Part shown: positions 23,007 to 36,906 of the stretch, in pieces
Layout of the letters: every line of letters starts with the position of its first letter
How positions within the stretch are numbered: the stretch's first letter is position 1
Source of the DNA: Eledone cirrhosa
Lineage: Eukaryota
DNA length: 64,000 nucleotides
Direction: 5' to 3'
Assembly: GCA_964016885.1 (NCBI GenBank)
Contig: OZ024761.1
Span: 8,618,001 to 8,682,000, forward strand
Position numbers and translations under genes: made by a program
The notes under the pieces: model-generated
Seen by the model: only the letters and a program-made list of their open reading frames with translations
The model's database searches: none
Told to the model about the DNA's origin: nothing

Positions 23007-24146
23007 ATCATCATCATCATCATCATCATCATCACCGTTTTACATCCGTTCTTCCACGCTAGCATGGGTTAGACGGGTTGTCCTGTCGTGGGCAGTGTCC
23101 GGTCGGCTGACCTTGTCTTGCTCATACGGGAACTGATCTGGCTTGATTTCTACAGTTGGATGCCCTTCCTAACACCAACCTCATTTACAGTGAGTGGTGG
23201 GTGCTTTTTCGTGGCACCTACACGTCCACTTTACAGTGTGGGCTGGGTGCTTTTTTGCCGTGGCACCTCCATGACCACCTTGCGGTGGGGGGTATGTGGG
23301 CATATTGTCTATATGCTTCAGCTTCGGCTTGTACCCATGGGAGGTCGGGTCTTCTGTATTACTGCATGACGCCAGAGGTCACGGTCGTGTGTCATCACCT
23401 TTGAGAGGTGTAATTGGGTAAGGTCGGCTTTTATCACCTCATCTCAGGTCTTCTTGGGTCACTCCGCGGTTTCCATCGACTTCTAGTGCTCTGCACCTTT
23501 TTATGCAGCTGTCATCCTTCATACACATCACATGTCCATACCAACACAACCTCCTCTCCTGCACACAGCATTTGATTCCTCTTATGCTCAGTCTCTCTCT
23601 CAATTCATTTATGCTTTGCCGTTCACGTATATTACTGTTACACATCCATCGGAGCATGCAGGCTTCGTTTCTTTGTAATCTAGGTAAGTCTTCCACAGTC
23701 AGTGCCCAGGTCTCACTACCATGTAACATTGCCGTTTGTATGCATGCATCATACAGTCTGCCTTTCATTTCGAGGGAAAAGCCTTTTGCAGCTAGCAGTG
23801 GCAGTAGCTCCCTGAACTTCTTCCATCTCATTCTTACCCTAGTTATTGTACTTTCTGAACACCCACCTCTACTTCTAATTCAGTCACCTAGGTAGCAGAA
23901 GCTGTCTACTGTTTCTACAGAGCCCTCCCAGAGGTTGGTGGTACTTGTTTCCTGTGGCTGTTTACTGCTTACTGTCCCAGCACAGCTGCTACATGTGAAG
24001 CCTACATTCTTAGTTAAGTTTCCTGAGATCACACTACATCTCTTGTGTACCCATTGTTTACATTTGGGGCAGAGGATAGAGTTTCTACCTACACCTTTCC
24101 TACATACTGAGCAAGGCCATTTCCCTGAGGGGATCTGGGTTCTGTT
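23007..24146 (-). mobile_element. 5'-truncated RTE LINE
   Basis: WPCSVCRKGVGRNS..., WKKFRELLPLL, LHGSETW, WYGHV; 3' UTR and (GAT)n. Confidence 0.88.
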
Positions 24147-24244
24147 ATTTATATATAAAGGGTAAAGACTCCCTTCAGTCACGAATGATCATGGAATTTG
24201 CACCCAGAACGTCCCCTCCAGAGCACATATATATATATATTTCT

Positions 24245-24485
24245 AGCTAGGTCCCTATCATTCCACTGCAAGTGGTCGTGGAGGTGCCACGGCAAAGAAG
24301 CACCCAGCCCACACTGTAAAGTGAACGTGTAGGTGTCACGGAAAAAAGAAGCACCCAGCACTCACTGTAAATGAGGTTGGTGTTAGGAAGGGCATCCAGC
24401 TGTAGAAATCAAGCCAGAATCAGTTCCCATCCCACCCTTGCAAGCAGGGAAAAGCGGATGTAAAATGAGGATGATGATGATGATG
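24245..24485 (+). mobile_element. 3' half of a CORE-SINE (tail modules plus RTE-derived end)
   Basis: Matches 44775-44952. Confidence 0.7.
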
Positions 24486-24489
24486 AAAG

Positions 24490-24760
24490 TCTTCCTTTCT
24501 TGTTTGTCCACCCACTATCCACCTACATCTCTTGTATAGAGTTTATGCCTACATCTTATCTATGTATTGAGCAGGGCCACTTCCCTGAAGGAATTAGGGT
24601 CATATTTTACCTCCTACTCACTAGCACTTTAGTTCTTGCTAAGTTTACTCTCAAACCTTTTAATTCACAATTCTATTTCCATAGTGGGAATTTATTTTCT
24701 ATTATAGTTCCAGCTATAAGAACCAAATCATCTGCATAGAGAAGTTCCCATGGGCAACCC
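24490..24760 (-). mobile_element. RTE RT fragment
   Basis: GCPWELLYADDLV...VNLARTK...GKWPCSI. Confidence 0.7.
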
Positions 24761-24899
24761 GGTATTGGTTGGCCCAAAGCTATAGTAGAAGTTCTTTCCT
24801 AAAGTGCCATGTAGTGAGAAAGAACCAAAGACCACATGGTTGTGAAGGCAACTTTTTGACCACACTTACTTATTTAGAATTAGCTTCTCATATTTTTTA

Positions 24900-25160
24900 G
24901 TGGAGGCAAGTGGCCTAGTGGTAAGGGTGTTGGACTATCGTGGGTTTCATTCCTGGGCTTGGTTGTGTGTTGTGTTCTTGAGCAAAACACTTCATTTCAT
25001 GTTGCTCCAGTATACTCAGCTGAAAATGAGTACCAGCAATAGTTGGGGGTTTAACCCTGCGATGGACTGGTGTCCTGTCCAGGGGGGAGTCTTGTACTCT
25101 CAATCGCTTCACACCATGAAACTGGGATAAGCACAAGGCCTTAGAAGCCTTTTGGCTTAA
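24900..25160 (+). mobile_element. CORE-type SINE
   Basis: TGGCCTAGTGG A-box; TGTGTTCTTGAGCAAAACACTT core; CCCTGCGATGGACTGG downstream. Confidence 0.7.
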
Positions 25161-25299
25161 GACAGATTTCTCATATGTACATGAACCGCTGCTGTTTTTC
25201 CATATCTGTTTCAGTTGATAGATTATCTTGAAATGCCCACTATCTGGTGATCTTCAAGCTGCCCTTTTTCCCCTTTGCCGCCAGTAGGAGTCCAAGCCA

Positions 25300-25640
25300 T
25301 CACTGTTTTTCAGAGTGCATAACTCAGAGATCAGATTGTCACTCCAAGTAGAGGCGCTACTTCTCTGAATTGAGAGATCACAGCTCCAATATTACGGGTA
25401 TGCGGTTAGAAGGTCTCAGGAAAGAATCACTGGACAGATTTCAAAGGCAAAACCAACCAGCAAGAAACCCAGGCATAGACCCGGAGCAAGATGGTTGGAT
25501 AACATCCATGAGTTTGGCTGGTCTCGCTTGGGGATCTAGCCAGATCAGTTGGAGATGGTTGCTTCTGACAGGACCCACCGGAAGGAGTGTTTGAGAAGGA
25601 CTCTGCCCCCACAACCCTCTCAGGAATAAGTGGGCAAAGA
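25300..25640 (+). mobile_element. Degenerate RTE-clade ORF C-terminus
   Basis: QLQYYG...KKPRHRPGARWLDNI..WSRLG-like translation. Confidence 0.5.
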
Positions 25641-25729
25641 AAAAGTGATTAGGGAGATAAAGAATTTGGTCACCCAAGTAGAACCATTGTTCCATAATCA
25701 TTTCTGGTTTGTGTATGTGTGAAAGACCA

Positions 25730-25760
<31 letters not shown>

Positions 25761-26105
25761 GTTTAACGTCTATCTTCCACCCTAGTATAGGTTAGACGGG
25801 AATTGTCCCACTTGAGGCAAGATTGATCGGGTGACCATGTCTCGCTCGTATAGGACTAACTGGCAGGTTTTCTACAGCTGGATGCCCTTCCTAACACCAA
25901 CCATATTTACAGTGGGGACTGGGAGCTTTTTACCGTGTTACCTAACACGACCACATTACAGCATGGACTGGGTGCTTTAGTTTGGACTGGATGTTGTGGT
26001 ACCGACTTAACTTTACAGAGAAAGGGTGGTGTTGGTTGGAGTGGAAGTAGGGGTAATGGGGTGGGGTGTATATTTGGTTAGGAGGAGCCTACTGACTGTA
26101 GGTTA
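25730..26105 (-). mobile_element. RTE 3' UTR fragment with (GAT)n tail
   Basis: Reverse complement of the 3' UTR seen at 1830-2183. Confidence 0.8.
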
Positions 26106-26139
26106 ACTTAACCACATACGTTTGCTAAAGTGTTCATGT

Positions 26140-26532
26140 ATCATCATCATCATCATCATCACTGTTTTACGTCCATTCTTCCACGCTAGCATGGGTTAGA
26201 CGGGTTGTCCTGTTGTGGGCAGTGTCTGGTCGCCTGACCTTGTCTTGCTCATACGGGAACTGATTCTGGCTTGATTTCTACAGCTGGATGCCCTTCCTAA
26301 CACCAACCTCATTTACAGTGAGTACTGGGTGCTTTTTTTGCTGTGGCACCTCCACGACCACTTTACAGTGGAATGATAGGGACGCCACTCCCTATCATCT
26401 CATTTCTACAGCTGAGTAAACTGGAGCAATGTGAAATAAAGAGTCTTGCTCAAGGAAACAACACATCACCCAGTCCGAGAATTGAACTCACAACCTTTCG
26501 ATTGCAAGCCCAATGCTCTAACCATTAAGCCA
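26140..26532 (-). mobile_element. CORE-type SINE with RTE-derived tail
   Basis: Head and core match 44618-44770; tail matches the RTE end at 23007-23190. Confidence 0.8.
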
Positions 26533-26869
26533 TTAAAGATCACATACGTCTGCATTAAAGATCACATATATTTGTTAATGTAAGCATATCTGTGTATGTG
26601 TGTGTGTGTGTGTATGTCAAAGACCACATATATTTGTGAATGTGTATGTGTCAAAGACCACATATATTTGTAGAATGCATGCGTCAGAACCTCATATTTG
26701 TCAACATGTGTATATGTGTGTGTGTGTGTGTGTTTTTCAAAAACCAGATATATTTGCTAATGTGTTAAGGACCACATATATTTGCCAATGTGTGTGTGTG
26801 CATGTGTTAAGACCACATATATTTGCCAATGTGTGTGTGTGTGTTAAAAGCTACACAAATTTAGCAATG

Positions 26870-29800
26870 TGTACATGTGTGTGTATGTGTATGTGTCAAA
26901 GGCTATACGTGTTTATCAATGTGTCTATGCATGTGTATGTATATGTGCCAAAGGCTATATACATTTATCAATGTGTCTATGTGTGTGTGTATGTATATGT
27001 GTCAAGGGCTATATACATTTATCAATGTGTCTATGTGTGTGTGTATGTATATGTGCCAAAGGCTATATACATTTATCAATGTGTCTATGTGTGTGTGTAT
27101 GTATATGTGTCAAAGGCTATATACATTTATCAATGTGTCTATGTGTGTGTGTATGTATATGTGTCAAAGGCTATATACATTTATCAATGTGTCTATGTGT
27201 GTGTGTATGTATATGTGTCAAGGGCTATACACATTTATCAATGTGTCTATGTGTGTGTGTATGTATATGTGTCAAAGGCTATATACATTTATCAATGTGT
27301 CTATGTGTGTGTGTATGTATATGTGTCAAGGGCTATATACATTTATCAATGTGTCTATGTGTGTGTGTATGTATATGTGCCAAAGGCTATATACATTTAT
27401 CAATGTGTCTATGTGTGTGTGTATGTATATGTGTCAAAGGCTATATACATTTATCAATGTGTCTATGTGTGTGTGTATGTATATGTGTCAAAGGCTATAT
27501 ACATTTATCAATGTGTCTATGTGTGTGTGTATGTATATGTGTCAAGGGCTATACACATTTATCAATGTGTCTATGTGTGTGTGTATGTATATGTGTCAAA
27601 GGCTATATACATTTATCAATGTGTCTATGTGTGTGTGTATGTATATGTGTCAAGGGCTATATACATTTATCAATGTGTCTATGTGTGTGTGTATGTATTT
27701 GTGCCAAAGGCTATATACATTTATCAATGTGTCTATGTGTGTGTGTATGTATATGTGTCAAAGGCTATATACATTTATCAATGTGTCTATGTGTGTGTGT
27801 ATGTATATGTGTCAAGGGCTATATACATTTATCAATGTGTCTATGTGTGTGTGTATGTATATGTGTCAAAGGCTATATACATTTATCAATGTGTCTATGT
27901 GTGTGTGTATGTATATGTGTCAAAGGCTATATACATTTATCAATGTGTCTATGTGTGTGTGTATGTATATGTGTCAAAGGCTGTATACATTTATCAATGT
28001 GTCTATGCGTGTGTGTATGTATATGTGTCAAAGGCTATATACATTTATCAATGTGTCTATGTGTGTGTGTATGTATATGTGTCAAAGGCTATATACATTT
28101 ATCAATGTGTCTATGTGTGTGTGTATGTATGTGTCAAAGGCTATATACATTTATCAATGTGTCTATGTGTGTGTGTATGTATATGTGTCAAAGGCTATAT
28201 ACATTTATCAATGTGTCTATGTGTGTGTGTATGTATATGTGTCAAAGGCTATATACATTTATCAATGTGTCTATGTGTGTGTGTATGTATATGTGTCAAA
28301 GGCTATATACATTTATCAATGTGTCTATGTGTGTGTGTATGTATATGTGTCAAGGGCTATATACATTTATCAATGTGTCTATGTGTGTGTGTATGTATGT
28401 GTCAAAGGCTATATACATTTATCAATGTGTCTATGTGTGTGTGTATGTATGTGTCAAAGGCTGTATACATTTATCAATGTGTCTATGTGTGTGTGTATGT
28501 ATATGTGTCAAAGGCTATATACATTTATCAATGTGTCTATGTGTGTGTGTATGTATGTGTCAAAGGCTGTATACATTTATCAATGTGTCTATGCGTGTGT
28601 GTATGTATATGTGTCAAGGGCTATATACATTTATCAATGTGTCTATGTGTGTGTGTATGTATGTGTCAAAGGCTATATACATTTATCAATGTGTCTATGT
28701 GTGTGTGTATGTATGTGTCAAAGGCTGTATACATTTATCAATGTGTCTATGCGTGTGTGTATGTATATGTGTCAAGGGCTATATACATTTATCAATGTGT
28801 CTATGTGTGTGTGTATGTATGTGTCAAAGGCTATATACATTTATCAATGTGTCTATGTGTGTGTGTATGTATATGTGCCAAAGGCTATATACATTTATCA
28901 ATGTGTCTATGTGTGTGTGTATGTATATGTGTCAAGGGCTATATACATTTATCAATGTGTCTATGTGTGTGTGTATGTATATGTGCCAAAGGCTATACAC
29001 ATTTATCAATGTGTCTATGTGTGTGTGTATGTATATGTGTCAAAGGCTGTATACATTTATCAATGTGTCTATGTGTGTGTGTATGTATATGTGTCAAGGG
29101 CTATACACATTTATCAATGTGTCTATGTGTGTGTGTATGTATATGTGTCAAAGGCTATACACATTTATCAATGTGTCTATGTGTGTGTGTATGTATATGT
29201 GTCAAAGGCTATATACATTTATCAATGTGTCTATGTGTGTGTGTATGTATATGTGTCAAGGGCTATATACATTTATCAATGTGTCTATGTGTGTGTGTAT
29301 GTATATGTGTCAAAGGCTATATACATTTATCAATGTGTCTATGTGTGTGTGTATGTATATGTGTCAAGGGCTATACACATTTATCAATGTGTCTATGTGT
29401 GTGTGTATGTATATGTGTCAAAGGCTATATACATTTATCAATGTGTCTATGTGTGTGTGTATGTATATGTGTCAAAGGCTATATACATTTATCAATGTGT
29501 CTATGCGTGTGTGTATGTATATGTGTCAAAGGCTATATACATTTATCAATGTGTCTATGTGTGTGTGTATGTATGTGTCAAAGGCTGTATACATTTATCA
29601 ATGTGTCTATGTGTGTGTGTATGTATATGTGTCAAAGGCTATATACATTTATCAATGTGTCTATGTGTGTGTGTATGTATATGTGTCAAAGGCTATATAC
29701 ATTTATCAATGTGTCTATGTGTGTGTGTATGTATGTGTCAAAGGCTGTATACATTTATCAATGTGTCTATGCGTGTGTGTATGTATATGTGTCAAGGGCT

Positions 29801-30046
29801 ATACACATTTATCAATGTGTCTATGCGTGTGTGTATGTATATGTGTCAAAGGCTATACACATTTATCAATGTGTCTATGTGTGTGTGTATGTATATGTGT
29901 CAAGGGCTATATACATTTATCAATGTGTCTATGTGTGTGTGTATGTATATGTGTCAAGGGCTATATACATTTATCAATGTGTCTATGTGTGTGTGTATGT
30001 ATATGTGTCAAGGGCTATACACATTTATCAATGTGTCTATGTGTGT
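26870..30046. repeat. 54-bp satellite (~59 units, some 50-bp variants)
   Basis: Unit GTGTCAAAGGCTATATACATTTATCAATGTGTCTATGTGTGTGTGTATGTATAT; diverged precursor-like units at 26535-26870. Confidence 0.95.
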
Positions 30047-31253
30047 CATCATCAACCACTCTTGCCTCAAGTGGGAATTTTCCCACTTGAGGCAAGAGTG
30101 GTTGTCTTGCCCACATAGGACTGTCTGGCGGGTTTTCTACGGCTGGATGCCCTTCCTAACACCAACCACATTTACAGTGTGGGGCTGGGAGGTTTTTACC
30201 GTGTTACCTACACGGCCACATTACAGCGTGGACTGTGTGTTTTTTTGTCGTGACACCTACACGACCTCGTTTGTTTCGGGCTGGATGTTGTGGTACCAAC
30301 ATAACTTTACATTGAAAGGGGTGGTGTGGATGGGGTGGGGGTAGTGGGACGGGGGTGTATTTTGTTAGAGGTGCCTACTGACTGTAGTAGGTTTCACTTT
30401 GCACTTAGGTAAGGCGGGTCTTCTCTATTACTGTGTAGCGCCAAAGATCTCGGTCCAGTGACATTGTCTTGGAGAGGTGTAAGTTTGTGAGGTCGGAATT
30501 TATCAAGTTGTCCCAGGTTTTTCTGGGTCTGCCTACTCCGTAGCTACCGTCTATTTTTATTGCCCTGCACTTTTTTATACAGCTGTCGTCTTTCATGCGC
30601 CTCACGTGACCATACCAACGTAGTCTTCTCTCGAGTAAACAACATCTGATCCCTCTTATTTCTAATTTCTCCCTTAGTTCGTTTATGCTTTGCCGTTCAC
30701 GTATATTACTGTTACACATCCAGCGGAGCATGCAAGCTTCATTTCTCTCCAGTCTGCGTATATCCTCTGCACACAATGCCCAGGTCTCACTGCCATGTAA
30801 CATTGCTGTTCGTATGCAGGCATCATACAGCCTGCCTTTCATTTTTAGAGAGAACCCTTTAGCGGCCAATAGTGGTATAAGCTCTCTGAACTTTTTCCAT
30901 CCCATTCTGACTCTAGCTACTGTACTTTCAGAGCACCCTTCCCCACTGCTGATTTTGTCACCCAGGTAACGGAAGCTGTCCACTTTTTCTATAGAACCAT
31001 CTGTGCAATGGAATGAGTTAGTATTCTCTGGGCACTTGCTGGTACTTATTGCACCAGAGCACCGGCCACATATAATATCTATATTATTAGTTAGCTTACC
31101 TGTGATCCCACTACATCTTTTATGTACCTATACTTTGCATTTGGGACATAAAATGGAGTTTCTACCTACTCCTTTCCTACACACTGAGCATGACCATTTC
31201 CCAGATGGGACCGGTGCCCTATTTTCCTTCCTACAATCTAGAACTTTAGTCTT
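30047..31253 (-). mobile_element. 5'-truncated RTE LINE inserted in the 54-bp satellite
   Basis: High similarity to 50510-51680; FRYLGD, LHGSETW, RWYGHV. Confidence 0.92.
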
Positions 31254-31508
31254 TATGTATATGTGTCAAAGGCTATATACATTTATCAATGTGTCTATGT
31301 GTGTGTGTATGTATATATGTCAAAGGCTATATACATTTATCAATGTGTCTCTGTGTGTGTGTATGTATATGTGTCAAAGGCTATATACATTTATCAATGT
31401 GTATATGCGTGTGTGTATGTATATGTGTCAAAGGCTATACACATTTATCAATGTGTCTATGCGTGTGTGTATGTATATGTGTCAAAGGCTATACACATTT
31501 ATCAATGT
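31254..31508. repeat. Continuation of the 54-bp satellite (~5 units)
   Basis: Same unit resumes after the RTE. Confidence 0.95.
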
Positions 31509-31860
31509 AATTATCACTCTTCTATTTATAGTATAATTAATTTCTGTTTCTAAAATTTGTATTCAATTCAATTCAAAGGAATGTTAATGGTTAAACATTC
31601 CACAGACACGTGTACTCTTAATGTAGGGAGATTCAGCATGACACAAAATGTGACAAGGCTGGACCTTGGAGTTGCATTTTACTATTCATCCAATGGGCTT
31701 CCAAAGAGTTTCTATCAACCAAATTTCACTCACAAGACTTGGATCGACTTGAGACAATGGTAATGACATTTGTCAAAGATGTAACTCAGTGGGATTGAAC
31801 CTAGAGCCTCATTATTGCAAAGCAAGGTTCTTAATCACTTGGCCATTCCTGTATCTTGTA

Positions 31861-32231
31861 CAGTTGTTCCTGGTATTTGCGGGGATTATGTTCCTAGAGC
31901 ATCCGCGAGGAGTGAAAAACTGCAAATATTGGATGTGGTCGATATAAATGCCTATAAGTGTCAAAATATAATGTAAAATATAATAAAACAAGAGAGAGTA
32001 TCTTATGCGAAGGGCCGTCCAATAGGCCGACAAATGTGGTATATTGATATTAATAATTTAGCATTAAAAAAAATATATTACCACGAAAAAAGCCATAATA
32101 AAAATCATGAAAGATATTTACGATTCCGCAAATATGCAGTGGTTTCAATGAACAATAGTAAGTTCTAAGGAAAATTCCACGAATAAACGGGGGTCACGAA
32201 TGTTGGGACTGCAACTGCCAGGGGTACACTG
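31861..32231. mobile_element. pogo/Tigger-like MITE
   Basis: TA-CAGTTGTTCCTGGTATTTGCG ... TGCAACTGCCAGGGGTACACTG-TA; imperfect TIRs and TA TSD. Confidence 0.55.
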
Positions 32232-32389
32232 TATTTAAATAATATAGCTCTTCACAGCATTCCTCACAAACACTACACACATTATTTAGTTCTGTGATCA
32301 GCAATTAATCACAAAATTCAGAGTAACGACAGAAGGTCATTTTAGTAATATAATAGATGATATGTACAGGGTGTTTCAAAAAATTAGAT

Positions 32390-34613
32390 ATCATTAGAGA
32401 TATGGTAATGAAAGGGTTAACAACATAGACAGTGTCTTTCATTAGAAATATGGTGATGAAAGGGTTAACAACATAGACAGTGTCTTTCATTAGAAATATG
32501 GTAATGAAAGGGTTAACAACATAGACAGTGTCTTTCATTAGAAATATGGTGATGAAAGGGTTAAAGACATAGACAGTGTCTTTCATTAAAAATATGGTAA
32601 TGAAAGGGTTAACAACATAGACAGTGTCTTTCATTAGAAATATGGTGATGAAAGGGTTAAAGACATAGACAGTGTCTTTCATTAGAAATATGGTAATGAA
32701 AGGGTTAATGACATAGACAGTGTCTTTCATTAGAAATATGGTGATGAAAGGGTTAAAGACATAGTGTCTTTCATTAGAGATATGGTAATGAAAGGGTTAA
32801 TGACATAGACAGTGTCTTTCATTAGAAATATGGTAATAAAAGGGTTAACAACATAGACAGTCTCTTTCATTAGAGATATTGTAATGAAAGGGTTAATAAC
32901 ATAGACAATGTCTTTCATTAGAAATATGGTAATGAAAGGGTTAATGACATAGACAGTGTCTTTCATTAGAAATATGGTAATGAAAGGGTTAACGACATAG
33001 AGAGTGTCTTTCATTAGAAATATGGTAATGAAAGGGTTAACAACATAGACAGTGTCTTTCATTAGAAATATGGTAATGAAAGGGTTAACAACATAGACAG
33101 TGTCTTTCATTAGAGATATGGTAATGAAAGGGTTAACAACATAGACAGTGTCTTTCATTAGAAATATGGTGATGAAAGGGTTAACAACATAGACAGTGTC
33201 TTTCATTAAAAATATGGTATTGAAAGGGTTAACGACATAGACAGTGTCTGTCATTAGAAATATGGTAATGAAAGGGTTAATGACATAGACAGTGTCTTTC
33301 ATTAGAAATATGGTAATGAAAGGGTTAACGACGTAGACAGTGTCTTTCATTAGAAATATGGTAATGAAAGGGTTAACAACATAGACAGTGTCTTTCATTA
33401 GAAATATGGTAATGAAAGGGTTAACGACATAGACAGTGTCTTTCATTAGAAATATGGTATTGAAAGGGTTAATGACATAGGTAGTGTCTTTCATTAGCAA
33501 TATGGTAATGAAAGGGTTAATGACATAGATACTGTCTTTCATTAGAGATATGGTAATGAATGGGTTAACAACATAGACAGTGTCTTTCATTAGAAATATG
33601 GTGATGAAAGGGTTAACAACATAGACAGTGTCTTTCATTAAAAATATGGTAATGAAAGGGTTAATGACATAGACAGTGTATTTCATTAGAAATATGGTAA
33701 TGAAAGGGTTAACGACATAGACAGTGTCTTTCATTAGAAATATGGTAATGAAAGGGTTAACAACATAGACAGTGTCTTTCATTAGAAATATGGTAATGAA
33801 AGGGTTAACGACATAGAGAGTGTCTTTCATTAGAAATATGGTAATGAAAGGGTTAACGACATAGACAGTGTCTTTCATTAGAAATATGGTATTGAAAGGG
33901 TTAATGACATAGGTAGTGTCTTTCATTAGCAATATGGTAATGAAAGGGTTAATGACATAGATACTGTCTTTCATTAGAGATATGGTAATGAATGGGTTAA
34001 CAACATAGACAGTGTCTTTCATTAGAAATATGGTGATGAAAGGGTTAACAACATAGACAGTGTCTTTCATTAAAAATATGGTAATGAAAGGGTTAATGAC
34101 ATAGACAGTGTATTTCATTAGAAATATGGTAATGAAAGGGTTAACGACATAGACAGTGTCTTTCATTAGAAATATGGTAATGAAAGGGTTAACAACATAG
34201 ACAGTGTCTTTCATTAGAAATATGGTAATGAAAGGGTTAACGACATAGAGAGTGTCTTTCATTAGAAATATGGTATTGAAAGGGTTAATGACATAGGTAG
34301 TGTCTTTCATTAGCAATATGGTAATGAAAGGGTTAATGACATAGATAGTGTCTTTCATTAGAGATATGGTAATGAAAGGGTTAGTGACATAGACAGTGTC
34401 TTTCATTAGAGATATGGTAATGAAAGGGTTAGTGACATAGACAGTGTCTTTCATTAGAGATATGGTAATGAAAGGGTTAGTGACATAGGTAGTGTCTTTC
34501 ATTAGAAATATGGTAATGAAAGGGTTAATGACATAGACAGTGTCTTTCATTAGAGATATGGTAATGAAAGGGTTAGTGACATAGGTAGTGTCTTTCATTA
34601 GAAATATGGTAAT
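32390..34613. repeat. 48-bp satellite (~46 units) with internal hairpin and higher-order blocks
   Basis: Unit GTAATGAAAGGGTTAACAACATAGACAGTGTCTTTCATTAGAAATATG. Confidence 0.95.
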
Positions 34614-34889
34614 ATTTTATACCTTTTAAGAATGTCTTCAATATCTTTTAACATTCTGTACCACAAGCAATAACCCCATGATTCAATGGGGTTATAGGAT
34701 GTCAAAAGTTAACATGTATTCATCTTGTGGCTTTGTTTTTCAAAATCTGAGTCAACACCAGTCAGGTGACCTTGTTTACAACATACTATCTCACACAAAC
34801 ATTGTAGAGTTTACATTGTTAATGTAATGTATCTACATATATAAATATGTGTGTGTATGTATATGTACATATATGTATGTATATAGATA

Positions 34890-34943
<54 letters not shown>

Positions 34944-34980
34944 TATATACATACATATACATACACATATATACATGTAC

Positions 34981-35011
<31 letters not shown>

Positions 35012-35308
35012 CATACATACATATATACATATATATATATACAAACATACATACACACACACACACACATATATATACATACAGTTCCCGTCCCACCCTT
35101 GCAAGCAGGGAAAGGTGGACGTAAAATGATGACGATGATGATCATATGTGTGTATGTATGTATGTATGTAAAAAGTAAACAGAAATAACAAAGCAAATGG
35201 CACAGTACAATGAAGAAATATATTAGTTTAACATTGAAATAGCAGGGAAATAGTCTTGAGATTTTGGACACTAGTCCTTCATCACCCTCTATATATATAT
35301 ATATATAT

Positions 35309-36220
35309 CATCATCATCATCATCATCTTCGTTTAACGTCCATCTTCCATGCTAGCATGGGTGAGTTGTCCCACTTGAGGTGAGGCTGGTCGGGTGACCG
35401 TGTCTCGCTCATATAGGACTGTCTGGCAGGTTTTCTACGGCTGGATGCCCTTCCTAACACCAACCATGTTTACAGTGTGGAACTGGGAGGTTTTTACCGT
35501 GTTACCTACACGGCCACATTACAGCGTGGACTGTGTGTTTTTTCTCGTGACACCTACACGATCTCGATCTCATTATCTCATTTATTTGGACTGGATGTTG
35601 TGGTACTAACTTTACAGAGAGGGGGTGGTGTTGGTGGGAGTGGGAGGATAGGGTAGTGGTAGTGGGATGGGGTGTATATTTGGTTAAGAGGTGTCTACTG
35701 ACTGTAGGTTTTGCTTTGTACATAGGCAAGGCAGGTCTTCTGTATTACTATGTAGCGCCAAAGATCTCGGTCCAATGACATTGTCTCAGAGAGGTGCAAG
35801 TGTGAAATTTCGGAATTTATCAGATCGTCCCAGGTTTTTCTGGGTCTACCTACTCCTTAACTTCCATCAATTTTGATCGCCCTGCACTTTTTTATACAGC
35901 TGTCGTCTTCCATGCGCATCGCGTGACCATACCAACGTAGTCTTCTATCGAGTAAACAGCATCTGATCCCTCTTATTCCTAATTTCTCACTTAGTTCATT
36001 TATGCTTTGCCATTCATGTATATTACTATTACTATTACATCCAACGGAGCATGCATGCTTCATTCCTTTCCAGTCTGCGCAGGTCCTCTGCACGTAATGC
36101 CCATGTCTCACTGCCATGTAACATTGCTGTTCGTATACAGGCATCATACAGTCTGCCTTTCATTTTTAGAGAGAAACCTTTTGTTGCCAACAGCGGTATA
36201 AGCTCTCTGAACTTTTTCCA
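35309..36220 (-). mobile_element. 5'-truncated RTE LINE
   Basis: WKKFRELIPLL...RRLRWYGHAMR; 3' UTR and (GAT)n. Confidence 0.88.
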
Positions 36221-36526
36221 TATATATATACACTGGGTTTTTAAAATCCAAATTCAATAAACAGACCAGGATTTTTTCATTCTGAGGATTGAAAGCAAAA
36301 TCTTTTGCTTTTAAGAAACCACTGGTAAATGGAATAATTGCCTTATGTTGTTTATTACATAACTATATATATATATATATATGTATTGAAGTTTCCGTTG
36401 AAAATTGAAAAAGTCAGAGGAATGAAGAGTGCTCTATGTAAGTTACAGAGCTAAATATTTAATGTATAATAAACAATACAATATATATACATATACATAT
36501 ACATACATACATATACATACATAGAG

Positions 36527-36735
36527 TGAAAGCATGTGGCTCATGAGTTAGAGAACTGGATTCACAATTGTGAGGTTGTCAGTTCGATTCCTGGACTAGG
36601 CGATGCGTTATGGTCTTGAGAAAGACACTTTATTTCACGTTGCTCCTTCTACCTGGAGTTGCGACCGATAGATAGTATTAGCAATGGGAATATTGTTTCC
36701 TTGGTCCAAATTGACGAAAGTCGATCGACTGTTGA
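36527..36735 (+). mobile_element. CORE-type SINE, variant tail
   Basis: B-box GTTCGATTCC and core AAGACACTTTATTTCAC; tail shared with 38211-38455. Confidence 0.65.
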
Positions 36736-36906
36736 TATATATAAGAAAGAAATAGGATTTCGCTTCAAGCATAGCTTTATACAATATGTGTAAATATTTT
36801 GTATCTCCAAAGAAATACAGTTTTAGAAGCCGTAGCTATGCAAACACCGGGGGGGGGGGGGGGGGATAACGCCCTCTGGTGATGTCCAGCAGAAGCAAGG
36901 GGGACA

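Noticed and set aside
26600-30344. Three ORFs of more than 1000 aa
   Set aside because: Stop-free translations of the 54-bp satellite in all plus frames; no domain or splice support.
32305-34598. 622-aa and 141-aa repetitive ORFs
   Set aside because: Translations of the 48-bp satellite.
35251-35286. Hammerhead-like GUGAUGAAGGAC..GUCCAAAA on the minus strand; similar weak cases near 5850, 6665, 8260, 19780 and 37345
   Set aside because: Core positions or stems are missing; possibly decayed ribozymes but not supportable.
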